From NCBI GenBank assembly GCA_038087875.1, contig CM075989.1, positions 14,138,001 through 14,198,000 on the forward strand: a stretch of 60,000 nt of DNA. Direction: 5' to 3'. The notes beneath the pieces are model-generated. The model saw only the letters and a list, made by a program, of their open reading frames with translations. It had not been told where the DNA came from and made no database searches. This DNA comes from Malacoraja senta (lineage: Eukaryota). Below, piece by piece: positions 11,163 to 23,779 of the stretch. How positions within the stretch are numbered: position 1 is the stretch's first letter; each line of letters starts with the position of its first letter. A program made the translations under genes and the position numbers.

Positions 11163-11689
11163 CTCTTTTGATCTCTTACACTTCCTTATTTCTGTAACTC
11201 CCTTTCCCCTGATGCTCAGTCTGAAGAAGGGTCTTGACCCAAAACGTCACCCATTTCTTCTATCCAGTGATGCTGGCTGTCCCGCTGAGTTAATCCAGCA
11301 TTTTGTGGCTATCAATGATGTTATTGGGTTTGTTTCCCAGAATCATGTAATTCAGAACATTTGGTTGAGGAGTGCATTTAACAGTAAAATATTGACTCTC
11401 AGTAGTGATTAAATTGGTTTCCTTACACATTTTCACATCCCACCTTGATACTACTTTTCCTGGGTATCTTTGAGCATTAGGATTACAAGATTGATGAGGA
11501 GAGCCTGTAACTGATGACACTGTCAAAGATAATTATCTGCACACTTATGAAACAGTTGGGGCACGACCGAGATCAAAAATTATCGAAATCTCTCTACTGG
11601 AAACATCTGCACACTTTTATGTGTTGACATTCTTCTTTTGCTGCTAATTAGCCATGAAGTACCATATATTTAAGATTATGTATTATTTT

Positions 11690-12170
11690 TTAAATGTTTC
11701 CCAGTTGCAGTCTGTTTCTGTGTAGATAGTATTCTGCCTTTGGATTTCTCTTCCCAGAAGTGAACGGCCTCACACTTCACTAAATTAAATTTTATGTGTC
11801 AACTTTTCACCTATGCAATCTATCTGTATCCTGTCTAATATCCTTGTCATAACTTGCCCTTTCACCTATTTTTGTGCTATCAGTAAACTGGGATACCTTG
11901 CATTCCACATTATCCACCAGGGCATTGATATAAATAGTACATATCTGAGGATCAAGGACTGATCCCTGGATTACTCCATGAGTTTCTCCTTCCATTTTGC
12001 AAAAGGTCCATTTATTCCATAGTTTTCCACCTGATAACAAGTTTTCAATCCTTGCACATCCTCCAATACCATGAGCTCTTCTGTACCAGACGTTTATGTG
12101 GCAATGTGAAATGTCTTCAAGAAGACAAAACACACCAGGTCAAGAGGTTCCCTCCTATTGACTGCATTAT
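11690..12170 (-). mobile_element. Degraded CR1 reverse-transcriptase fragment
   Basis: GVIQGSVLDPQICTIYINAL...VSQFTDSTKIG resembles GVPQGSVLGP...IYINDL...SKFADDTK. Confidence 0.8.
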
Positions 12171-13115
12171 TACAGACTCCTGCACTTGAGCAAAACTCAT
12201 CAATTCTGTTACTTTTGTTACAAACTTCTACCATGCCCTCAAATTCTCTTGGACATTTCTGACACCTCTCTCTCTTTTCTGGATTTCTCTCTCTGTCACA
12301 GGAGTTAAACTATACACTGACATTTACAACAAACTCACCTACTCCCACAACTACCTTGATGATACCTCTTCCCAATCTGTCTCTTTGAAGGACTCCATCC
12401 TTTTTCCTTATTTTTTTATTTCTCCGTCTCATCTGTTCTCAACATGTTCCAAAAGATTTGAAATGTACTCCTTCAACCACAGTAGAGGGTTCCCCTCCAC
12501 TGCGGTTGATGGAATACTCACCAGCATCTCCTCCATTTTACGGACTTCCGCGTTCGCCCAATCTCCACCCATACAGCTGAAAGATAAAGTTCCCTTGGAC
12601 CTCACTTTTCACCCCACCGGCCTCCACATCCAGCACATCATCCTTTGTAATTTCTGTCAGTTGCAATGGAATCCCACCCCCAGTCACATATTCACTTCCC
12701 CTTTCCTGCTTTCCACATCCCCCTTCCCAACTAAGTTGGTGTGGTTTTTGTTTACCCCTTGCACTTTCCCTGCAACTGTGGGAGATGCCACACATGTAAA
12801 TATACCCTCTCCCTCACCAACATCCAGCGACCTAAACAGCCCTTTCAAGTCAAACAAAGATTCAAAAGCACCACCTGCACTACTTGTGACCATTTTGAGG
12901 AAGAACTTTGCTCTGTTTACAGTGACTATCATGACTTCACGGTTGCATGCAATTTCAGCTCTCCTTCCCATTTCCATACTGCAATGTCAGTCTTCAACCT
13001 CCCCTACTGACAGGGTGGGGCCAAAAGCAAACTCGAAGAACAGTACCTCGTATTCTGCCTGGGTCGTCTACAACCCAATGGTATGAACATTGAATTTCCA
13101 ATTTCAGGTAACCCA
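12170..13115 (+). mobile_element. Degraded Penelope-like element (RT C-terminus, linker, GIY-YIG)
   Basis: Peptides RGFPSTAVD, KVPLDLTFHPTGLHIQHIILCNF.QLQ and FPCNCGRCHTC...IQRPKQPFQVKQRF; 3' end similar to 7173-7466. Confidence 0.85.
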
Positions 13116-13394
13116 CACTCCCTGTGGATCTTTCAACCTTGTCTACCTTTAATCTCATGAGTTTTTTTCTAATACCAGGTCTTATTTGATAGGATTTTTT
13201 GCAAGTTATTCCATGTGCTTGGAAATCAGCCCTGTTAACATCAAAGGGCTTGTTCATTTGCTGTACTGCTCAAATATGTCACTTCCTTCTTTCCAGATAT
13301 TAATTCTCCTGTCCCATTCTCTGGAGGTCCCACACTGATCTGAGCTACCAACTTAAAAAAAATATATCCTGTTCAATTTGAAATTATTTGCAGA

Positions 13395-14197
13395 TGAAAT
13401 TCAGTATGGCAAAGTGCGGCATCATGCATTGTGGTAAAGGCGTAGATTATTTTCTAAATGGAGAGAGAATCCAGAAATCGGAGGTGCAAAAGGACTTGGG
13501 AGTGCTGGTGCAGGACTTCCAAAAAAATAATTTGCAAGTCAAATCAGTAGTAAAGTAGGCAAATCCAATGCTAGCATTTATATCAAGAGGACTGGAATAC
13601 AAAAACAGAGAAGTAATGCTGAGGCTCTATAAGGCGCTGGTCAGGCCGCATTTGGTGTACCGTGTGCAAATTTGGGCCCCATATCTGAGGAAGGATGTAC
13701 TGGCTTTGGAGAGGGTCCAGAGGAGTTTTACGAGAATGATTCCAGGAATGAGTGGGTTAGCATACGATGAGTGTTTGACAGCACTGGTCCTCTACTCGCT
13801 GGAGTTTAGAAGGTTGAGAGGGGACCTAATTGAAACATACAGAATAATGAAAGGCATAGATAGCGTGGATGTGGAAAGGATGTTTCAACTAGTGGGAGAG
13901 TCTAGAACCAGAGGTCATAGCCTCAGAATTAAATAGCGCTCTTTTAAAAAGGTGGTGAGGAGGAACTTTAGTCAGAGGACAGTTAATCTGTGGAACTCAT
14001 TGCCACAGAGGGCTGTGGAGGCCAAGTTAGTGGATATTTTTAAGGCAGAGATAGACAAGTTATTGATTAGAACGGGTGTTAAGGGTTATGGGGAGAAGGC
14101 AGGAAAATGGGATTAGGTGGCGGAGATCAGCCATGATTGAATGACGCAGTAGACTTGATGGGCCAAATGGCTTATTTCTACTCCTATAACTTGTGAA
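13395..14197 (+). mobile_element. CR1 LINE 3' portion
   Basis: ORF 13568-13936 MLAFISRGLEYKNREVMLRLYKALVRPHL...LERVQRSFTRMIPG...RRLRGDLIETYRIMKG. Confidence 0.92.
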
Positions 14198-14582
14198 CTT
14201 GTAAATGCAAGGTTTTTTTTTTCCCTCTGGTGAGCTTTTTCGTCGTTTGCAGTTGGTTCCTAAAATATTCTCAATCGTCTGATCTACCACAAGCATTTAC
14301 CACATATTAAGCCCCACTTTTCAATTTAACATTATCTACGACCTTTAATCATGAATGGTCCCTCTTTCTCAAGGAATACCTCTTTCTAGCTTGGATACTT
14401 TTCTGCTAAGGTTAATTGATGAGACAGAGGACGACGGAATGGTGGGATGAGGGGTGGGAGGGAGGGGGCTGGAAGGTCAGGGAAGGGTGAAACTGGAAGT
14501 GTCGTGAGGTTGGGCGGGAGGTGTTTGTGAGGGGGAGGAGTGTTGCTCCATCTGCAGGGGTTAAAGGGTTACATCTTGGCTT

Positions 14583-15253
14583 CATGGGTGGAAATCCCAG
14601 GGGGACAGGGGGGACAAGTCCCCCCCCCCATGCTTTGAGAGGTGGGGAACAATCCCCCCCATGTTTTGTAATCCGGACTTTATCAGATGCTTTCTAAGGG
14701 CTGAATCGGTCCGTTCGCAGGGACCTTTCAGCGCCTGGTGCGGCTTAAAATCAAACTGCTGCATCGAGGCGATCGAGGCTCCCGATGTTGAAGCCCCCGC
14801 CGGTCGGGCTGATTCAAGCCCCACGATTCGGGGCGGACGACAAGACAAGGCAAGACAAGACAAGAGACATTTATTGTCACATGCACCAATTGGTACAGTG
14901 AAATGTGGGGTCACCATACTGCCATACGAATAAAAAAAGAACACAGCACACAATAAACTTTAACATAAACATCCCCACACAGCGGAATCAAAGTTTCCCA
15001 CTGTGAGGGAAGGCACCAAAGTTCAGTCATCCTCCTCTGTTGTTCACCCGTGGTCGGGGTCCTCCCGAGCCCCCCGCAGTCGAAGCTGCTGTTACTGGAG
15101 TTCGGAGTCGGTCACCAACCAGGTCAGCTTCCGATGTTACCGTCCACAGGGCCCACGGCCGAAGCCTCGCGTGTGTGCGTGTGTGCATGCGCGCACGCGG
15201 CTGCCAAGAAATTGTGTGTCCCCCCTATGTTTTGATAGTGATTTCCGTGCCTG
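14583..15253. mobile_element. Possible hAT-like MITE with a nested retroelement
   Basis: Imperfect TIRs CATGGGTGGAAATC / GATTTCCGTGCCTG with subterminal GGGGGACA / TGTCCCCC; no convincing TSD. Confidence 0.45.
14838..15165 (-). mobile_element. Rex1-tailed non-autonomous element, variant copy 2
   Basis: (CAAGA)n then TTTATTGTCAC; ACATCCCCACACAGCGG...CACTGTGAGGGAAGGCACCAAAG resembles the other copies. Confidence 0.6.
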
Positions 15254-16353
15254 TTGGATATGAACATAGGAGATCTGATTGGTTAATTTGTGACCATCAC
15301 AAGCTCACACTTAATGTGTATTGATCCTGGTCCTTATGGCTCCTAATGATATTTTAAACGCACTTGCTGGCTCCCTTACACCAGATAGTGCTGAGCTGAG
15401 TGTCTGTATTGCATGGTTCAGCCACTGAGCCACCAAAATGGAATTGGGTCATGAACGTATTATTGGGTAATTTATAGGGAATATGAAGTTTCTAACCATA
15501 TACCTAGTGTGGTTTAAGTTTTTTTTTTAGTGTATTGCTGACCATAATTATCACTTCTTTCCAGTAATATTTGGCTTTAAAACAAATTTTACTGGAGCTC
15601 AGAATGAATCAAAATTGTGGAATGTTTTTCTTTGGACTTACCCCAAATTCAGTCCTAGTAATTAAGTATGACATCAGCATAATGATGTTGAATCAAAAAC
15701 TAAATACTGTAAATGCAACATAGAAAATGTAGGAAATAATCAACAAGAGAATACTGCAGACATGTTTTCAGGTTCATTAACATGTTGATTTTTCCCATGA
15801 ATAGGTTTCAAATCAAACAATCTAATCTCACCCACTTAGGTGTGATATGTCCTTTAGAATGGATCTGAATATTTTTTTAAACTTTGATTATGTTTCAATT
15901 GAAAATTTTCAACCTGTGTTTACATCAATTTCCCCTTAAAACAGAAGTGAGGTTATAACGATAATCTAGAATTGAAGTTTAACCTTGAAGGTCTTTTAGG
16001 AGCTGATGTGGTCCTTTCAAACCCATGACCCTATCATGTTGTACACCACCTGAATTTCACATGGAGTGGCATAAATTATTTCTATTGCCAAACCAACTTT
16101 CCTGAATTAAAAAGCTGTGGATACTGGAAACCTGAATGATGGAGATGCTTTGCAGGTTAGGCAGCATCCATGGAGAGAGTAACAGAGTTAACATCTCAAG
16201 TTGATGATCTATCATCGGAACTGGAAAATGAGAAAACAAGCAAGTTCATAGTTGTAGAGTAGGGAGAAGAGTGGAAAGGATGAAGGGAATGTCTGTGATA
16301 GTGTGGAGATCAAGAGAATCTTGATGACACAGATGTTGTGTCTTGCCATAGAG

Positions 16354-16588
16354 CAGTGGTTCCCAACCTTTTTCGTCCCGTTTACCCCCGGCAACTTTTC
16401 GAAAGTAAATTTAGCCCCACCCTGTTTTGTTCAGTCATTTGAGTTTACATTTCCACCATAATAAAGCAACCTGCAAAGGGGAAATTTTAAAACACTGTTT
16501 TTAACAAATCCAGAATCAACAAATTTACCCCCTGGGTAGGTGAAATTTACCCCCTGGATGTAAATTTGCCTCAGGTTGGGAACCCTTG
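16354..16588. mobile_element. hAT (Charlie-type) MITE, 235 bp
   Basis: TIRs CAGTGGTTCCCAACCT / AGGTTGGGAACCCTTG; perfect 8-bp TSD CCATAGAG at 16346-16353 and 16589-16596. Confidence 0.92.
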
Positions 16589-17681
16589 CCATAGAGAGTG
16601 GTGAATGCTTTGTTAATCATAGCCTTTCAGGAGGAATGTGCAGCCTGCGCCAGCAAACGTTTACATTTAAATTGCTGTTATCATTCTACAAATGTATGCA
16701 AGCACATTTAGACAGACCTCCATACCGGGCAAGAGAATTATAGTTTAGTGGGGAATGCTGATATTGCATTTGATGTAAGAACAATAAGCTGTAATATAAA
16801 TACCATATTTCACTCAACAGATTTGAATACCTAATGTAATAATGATATAAACTAAAGGTCACCAAGAAGACCTAGAAGCTGGCACAAATCTATTTCCAGT
16901 GAATATCTAAAGATATTGGATGGTATCTAGGTCTGCAGCTGTTAACAGTTGCAATAAAAAAGTAAAGAATCTTACCTGGCAGATCATTACCTTGCTGGAA
17001 TGTTGCCATTTAACACAGAAAGATCTCCTTATTGGCAATGGACAGAGGTAAACAAATGGGTACAGTTGCTGATGTTCTAGATAGTCAGTGCAAAGTCAGG
17101 TATGTCTACCAATAACAATGTCTGGGCAGCTTGATAAGATTTTGAAAATGATGGTCATTTTTTGGAAAGAAAAGCACAAAAATTGCACTGAGATTTTGAT
17201 GACAAGAAAGGTATTGGTCCTGAGCATTCCCATTCTCATTGCTTGGACAAAGATCTCTCTGCTTGTCAGTGATCCTGGGATTTACTTCATATAATCCACC
17301 CACTGAAAGTGTTTTGTAATAGTTGGCAATGAATAGTCCAAAAATGTAAGTACGTCAGAATAACACATTGCGTTTGAAAAGCTACTGCAAGATTATAATT
17401 AAAATATTACAAAAAAGCTGGGAAAACCAATTCTTTATTAAACTTCCTTTAAAGATAAAGCTCTTAGTCAGTCATATTAACTTTCCAGACATCTAGCTGA
17501 AACTGCAGGAGTAACTTCAAAGCACAAGCACTATGCAAAATAGACTGCTTTATCTATCTGAGAAAAGAGGTTTACTTGTCCTTTCTCAAACCTGTAACCA
17601 CACATGGGACATAATCAAAGTGAGGGATGATCTAATGCCTAACTGTTTGATTATGGAAATGATGGGGAAAATATTCAGTTA

Positions 17682-18179
17682 AGGGCCTGTCCCACGGGCA
17701 TGCGACTCGATGCGGCAAGCGCGACCTAACCGCAAGCGGGGGCAGTGCGGGGGCCGCGCGGAGGTCGCGGGGCCGGTCCCACTTCGATCGCCGGAGCCGT
17801 ATGGAGTTGTGCGGAGCTGGTCCCGACATCGTGCGGGGCTCCGAAAAACTGACACTGTTCAAAAATTCCGTGCGGCAACCGCCTGCCACCCCACAGCCGC
17901 ATCGAGGCCATGCGTGCCGCATCGACGGCTGTGCGCACCGCCTCGACGATGGACGCAGCCGCCTCAGCGGCCGTGCGCACGCCCTCGCCGCCGTACGCAC
18001 CGTCTTGACGTCACTCGACCTCCGCGCGGCACCCGCTTCCGATTTGGTAGCGCTTGCCGCATGCAGCCGCATGCTGGTGGAACCGGCCCTGTACGGGGAT
18101 CACTCGACCTCCTCTCGGCCCCCGCTTGCGGTTAGGTCGCGCTTGCCGCATGGAGTCGCATGCCCGTGGGACAGGCCCT
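17682..18179. mobile_element. PIF/Harbinger-type GC-rich MITE, 498 bp
   Basis: About 60-bp near-perfect TIRs beginning AGGGCCTGTCCCACGGGCATGCGACTC; TTA on both flanks (17679-17681, 18180-18182). Confidence 0.9.
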
Positions 18180-19389
18180 TTAGTAACTGTAATGACTAAT
18201 GAGGATAGATCTAGAAATACAGTCACTTTTGGCTTTTCCCTCCAAAGTTAGGCGATTGGAAATTGACTTCAGCTGAAAGTTCAATCTAATAATGAATATT
18301 GCTGGGTGGTTCAATATATTTCTGGAAACTTAACTAGGCACTTCCCAAAGTATTTTATCCTTTCATGCCTGATACAACTTCCTGCCAGGTGTGGCTGGGT
18401 TGACACTGCTGTGTACGGATGTTGCGGGGAAAGGCAATCAGGTTTTCTTTGTTGGTCAGTCCTATCAACCCAAGAATCAAACTAATGGGCCTTTGTTATG
18501 CAGAACTGTGCCCAGTTTTCCTAGCGCTATCACACCAAAATCTACATAATTACAGTAAGATTTATTTCATGCTTCAAAACCCTTGTAATGAAACCATAGA
18601 TACCATTTACCTTGCTAATTGCTTGTTCTATCTGCATATTAACTTGCTGTGATTTATGTACATCTAAATTCTTTCTGATTAGCAGCATTTACCACCCTGT
18701 CACCGCTTAACATTAAGGTTGCTTTTCAATTCTTCCTATCAAATTTCACACTGCCCCTCATCTCCCACCTTCTTTTGCAATTATCTAACCTGGCCGTTCT
18801 TTTCATAGGATCTGTGTGCCCCATATTCCTTTCCTATAAATTCTGCATAAGAAGATATGGAAATACTGCAGATTTCCTCACCAAATCATTGTTACAGATT
18901 GTAAACAGTTTAAGCCCAAATTGTCGCAGTACCCTATGCCTCTTTACCTGTTAACCAAAACTCACTTCACGTTGATGTACATAATTCCTTAATTGCTGAA
19001 TTCCTAATTTTTGCAATAACCTTTTGTACTGGACCTACATGGAAAACGTTTTGAAAATTTAAAATATACTACATTTACTGGTCACTACTTAACTGTCTGG
19101 TTACTTGCACTTTCTTAAATAAAAATAGATTGGCAAGCTTGGTTTTCCTTGCATTTCTCTAGTTCTTGTGTCCTTTTTGAATCCATTCTTTCATTTGCTA
19201 CCTTTTCATTTGTTGCAACAGTTCTTGAAACCAGCAAATTATATTTCTGTTCCCCCTCTTTTAAAACTAGCATTTAGGCTATCCGGTCTTTTGGGAGCTT
19301 TTAGTCTAATTAATATTTCCTACATAAAGTTGTCATCAAGTGCTTCAAGAGACTTGTCATGTCATACATTAACTTCAACCTACCAGAAA

Positions 19390-19895
19390 GCCTGATCCAC
19401 TGCGATTTGACTACCATAACACTAGGTCCACAGCAAATGTCATTTCCCTAGTTCTATACTCATTGCTGGAACATTTGGATAACAAGGACCACCTTTGTTA
19501 CATTCCTATTTATTAACTATAGCTCCACCTTCAACATCATAATATTAACCAAACTCTTGGACCTTTGAGTCAGCATCCCTATTTGCCACTGAATCATCGA
19601 CTAGCTGTCTGACAGACCACAATTTGTGAGGATAGGTACCAAAACATCTACAACAATGGTGCATCACAAGAATGTATTCTCAGACCCTTACTATATTTCC
19701 TGCACACATATGACTGTACAGGCAAATTCTGATATAACTGGCATTTCTAAGTCTGCAGATGACACCACAGTAGTAGGCCGGATCTCGAACAATTACGAGA
19801 CAGAGTACAGGAAGGAGATCGAGCGCATAATAACATGGTTTCAATACAACAATCTTTCCCTCAATGTCAGCAAGTGGAAGGAGCTTGTTATTCAT
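19390..19895 (+). mobile_element. Degraded Rex1/Babar LINE RT fragment
   Basis: Peptides FINYSSTFNII and ISKSADDTTVVGRISNNYETEYRKEIERIITWFQYNNLSLNVSKWKELVI. Confidence 0.8.
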
Positions 19896-20660
19896 AAGTT
19901 CTTAAGTCATTTGGCCCACTGAGTCTACTTCACCATTCAATCATGGCTGATCGATATTTCCCTCTCAATCCTATTCCCCTGCCTTTCCCCCATAACTCTT
20001 GACACCCTTACCAATCAAGTATCTGTTAATCTCCACCTTAAAAATACACAATGATTTGGCCTCAACAGCCGTCTGTGGCAATGAATCCAACAGATTCACC
20101 ACCTTCCAACTGACGAAATTCCTCCTCATCTCCTTGCTAAAGATTTGTCCTTTTATTCTGAGGCTATGCCTTCTGGTAGTAGTCTCTCCCACTAGTGGAA
20201 ACATCCTCTCCACATCCATTCTAGTCAGGCCTTTCATTATTCGGGTAAGTTTCAATGAGGTCCCCCCTCATCCTTTTAAATTCCAGCAAGTACAGGCCCA
20301 GTGCCGTCAAACACTTATCATACCCAATCATCCCTTGGATCATTCTTATCATCACCTCAGCATCACTGGAGCCTCTCAAATGCCAGCACATCCTTCCTCA
20401 CATTCGTGGCCCGAAATTGCTCACAATATTCCAAATGCGGACCGACCAGTGTCTTATAAACCCTCAGCATTACATCCCTTTCTTGATTTTCTAGTCCTCT
20501 TGGAATAAATGCTAACATTACATTTGCTTTCCTTGCTACTGATTCAACTTGCAAATTAACCTTTTGGGAATCCTACACCAGCACTTCCAAGTCCCTTTGT
20601 ACCTCTGATTTCGGAAACTTCTCCCAATTTACAAAATAATATATGCCTTTATTCCTACTA
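19896..20660 (-). mobile_element. CR1 LINE 3' portion
   Basis: ORFs 20363-20554 (KANVMLAFIPRGLE...LRVYKTLVGPHLEYCEQF) and 19971-20255. Confidence 0.9.
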
Positions 20661-21689
20661 TTTTCACTGTATCTCGATAAATGTGACAAAAATAAACAGA
20701 TTCCAATGGAATCTCTTCGTTTCGGGTCGAAACGCCACCCATTCCTTCTCTCCAGAGCTGCTGCGTCCCACTGAGCATTTTGTGTCTACCTTTGATTTAA
20801 ACCAATAGTATTATGGTCACTGGTCCTAAAATGCTCCCCAACTAAGACCTCAGTATTTTGTTATTTCCTTATTTCCCCACAATATTTTCTCCGGACTTTA
20901 CCAGTTTTCTTTGCAGGTTTGTGGTTTACACTCACCTCAAATAAAATATGGAATGTGACAGTTATTCAAAAGATCAGGCAGCATTTATGAATGAAATTTT
21001 CAATGATTACTTGATCATTTTTTACTTGTTTTTAAAATCCTCCCTATGGTCCATTTTGCAGGCTTTTAATGAAATACTTTGCTTAATTTCTCTGTCAAAA
21101 CATTTTTTACAGTGTAGTTTTTATTTATTGTATCGATTAATTAATTTTCTCATCTAACTTAGCCACTAAACAAGATCTTAACTACTTGCAAATAAAACTT
21201 GTGCATTTGTCTATGTGTGATTTATTCTCTGGAAGTGATACCATTCCTGGCTGGTTGAAAATAAATATTTTGCAGAATTAATGATGCAAATATACATTTT
21301 TATTTCATCCATTGATCCTTGCAAACTAATGCTTAATTTTTTTTATTGGCAAAATGCAAGCTTTTGTTAAAAAAAATTTCAGGCCAAGATTTAAATTCAA
21401 TAATGCCTAAAACTATTCCTCTTTTGTTTTCTTCATTAAAAAAGTTGTAGATTGAAGTAGATGCGTTCTGTTGTCTTGATATGTACAAGAACACCTTTTT
21501 TTCCCAATATTTACCAAAGTTTCTGCATTCAGGAACTGTTCCAGTGGATTGGAAGGTTGAAAATGCAACCACACAATTTATGGAGTGGAATAATAGAGGG
21601 GAAATATAAACGAGGAGTAAACAAGTAATGGAGAAAATGCACAGCAAACATGGTGCAATACATCAGATGCAAGAATAATGAAGGAATTA

Positions 21690-21910
21690 GTGTCATAGAG
21701 CATGGAAACAGGCCTAACTCCATCCATGCCGACCAAGCTGGCCTATGCCCACTAGTTCTTGATTCCCATACCTCAAGGGAAAATATTTTGTGCATTCACC
21801 CTTTCACTTTCTCTCATTATTTTATACCCCTCTACAAGATCATCCCCAGCCTCCTGTGCACAAAAGAATAAGGGCTACCTGCCCAACCTCTCCATGTGGC
21901 TCAGGCCTCA
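21690..21910 (-). mobile_element. CR1 3' fragments
   Basis: CATAGAGCATGGAAACAGGCC and TATACCCCTCTACAAGATCATCCCCAGCCTCCTG match other CR1 ends in this window. Confidence 0.65.
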
Positions 21911-23779
21911 AGTCATGTATTGCACCACTTTTTGTGGATACTTTAGTTTGCACAGTGAAGAGTTGTCAGTTTGGTTAAAAAATGATTGTAGTTTTTGTGT
22001 TCTGCTGAGTACGTCTGAGTAACAATTCCATTTATTGAAAACGCATTTGTGTGGATAAATATTTAGTATTGTATAATTTATACTTCTGCCTGCAGTTAAA
22101 TCTTATCCATTGGAAAGGTCAATTGTGCCATTCTTAAAATTATGCTTTCAATGTATGTGCAGCAGAACCTGGTCTTAGTTGCCTTGACTCCCTTGTCACA
22201 GGATCAAGACCTTGCCCTGTGAAACTTGTCTGAAAGCTGGAATGTAACCTCTTCTCCACATTGAAAGAAATGACACATAGGCAACATCTACTCTACAACA
22301 TGGCAGAGAAAATGTTGCACAGAAGGCTATAACTATAAATAGGTGCTAGTACAGCAATTAAAATTGTCGTTTTATGGGATGCACTGCCATTGGTAATTAT
22401 TTGTTATGTTAATAATGTAGTGCGTTTATATAGATTGTCATTTTCTGTACTTCCTAGTGCTATGAAATAATCATTTACTTGTGCGCAGATGATTCATACA
22501 TCCCAAGTATAAGGACCTATCTACCTCATGTGCTCCTCCATGTATACAATGCATAACTAGTTTCCCATCAATATGTTTACAGACTTTGTTTTCAGTTAAT
22601 TTTCAAAGAAAAGTACTATGGATTCCTTTCCTTGAGGAATATAGATCCCATTATCTTGGAAAATACATATGTGTTATGTAAGAGCAATCTATTAATGGAG
22701 GTTGTCGTTTTTGTTTCAAATTGATGTGAGTTGTCCTGGAAGCAATTTATAAAAAATAGTGGTAAATCTAGACTCTTAGATTTTACGGAGAATGAACAGA
22801 ACAATCTCATTATACGCAGGACACTGACAGATTTTGGAGATGATTAAGTAATCCAATAAGCCAGCAAAGACAAACTTATCGAAGATGCAGGATGAGATGT
22901 ACAATTGAAGTGTTGCTTCGAGCCATCCATTTTATAAGACTTTTGACTAGTTTAGTGCAGAGATTTTCCGTGTCCCATTTCTTGATCCTTTATTTCAGTA
23001 ATAAGTGGTGGGAGAGATGGCTGGGAGGTAAGTTGCACAGCCCATCAGTTTAAGAGTTAAGACAAGATCTATACTCCCCCATTATAGCTGAACACCATTG
23101 TGATGCCATCGTTTCCTACTGCTTATACTTATTTCTCTCACTGTTTGATCAGTTTACCAAATGGATTACTTAAGAGTTGTAAATGGGTTGGAACAAAAAT
23201 TGCTAAGGTTAATATCATATCCTTAAAACATTTTAAAGAATCAAAACTTTCTTTTCACCAAATTCAAAAGTGCTCTAGACAGGTATTGATTATGCTTTTC
23301 AAAATATTACTATATGAGAAGAATCAAATGTTTAGTTTCACAATAACTGCAAAAGAGTTTTAATGGCCTAATATTTCATCGAACTCCATTCTAAAATAAA
23401 ATGTCTAAAAATGAATGCACTTTTATATAAACCTTCACATTTAACGGGGTAATGAATGCTGGTTTTGGTTCTGTGTCAAGTTATACCTTAGCTGTTCACT
23501 CTTGACAACCCCCTCCTTTGTGCTGTCTGACTGCTTGCCCAAACTCCACTTTTAGATGTTAGATTAGTTAACCATGTGCAGCTAAACGTTGGAACTGCTG
23601 AACAATGTATTTTGACCCTCACTGTAAATTCTACCCTGAACCTATCCCAACTACATTTTTTTTCCTTTTCTTGCACCCTTTATTTTCTGAAATGAGCGTC
23701 TGACATAATGTTCTGTGTAAAACTGTGACAGATTTTGCAACAACACCAACCTCTTCCCTTACACCCATCAAGTGCTAAA

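Larger units (their letters stand above)
9616..11310 (+). mobile_element. Tandem Penelope terminal-repeat pieces (9616-9799 and 11163-11310), split by an L1 insertion
   Basis: Two direct copies of AGTCTGAAGAAGGGTCTYGACCCRAAACGTC...GATGCTG...CCCGCTGAGTT...TCCAG. Confidence 0.8.

Noticed and set aside
12385..13086. 233-aa ORF as a host gene
   Set aside because: A frameshifted Penelope remnant, only partly in the ancestral frame
17632..18251. Cluster of overlapping ORFs and apparent CpG island
   Set aside because: Coincides with a GC-rich MITE with TIRs; no transposase motifs
21530..21600. Exon-like segment after TTCTGCATTCAG
   Set aside because: Translates to GTVPVDWKVENAT, a CR1 ORF2 motif
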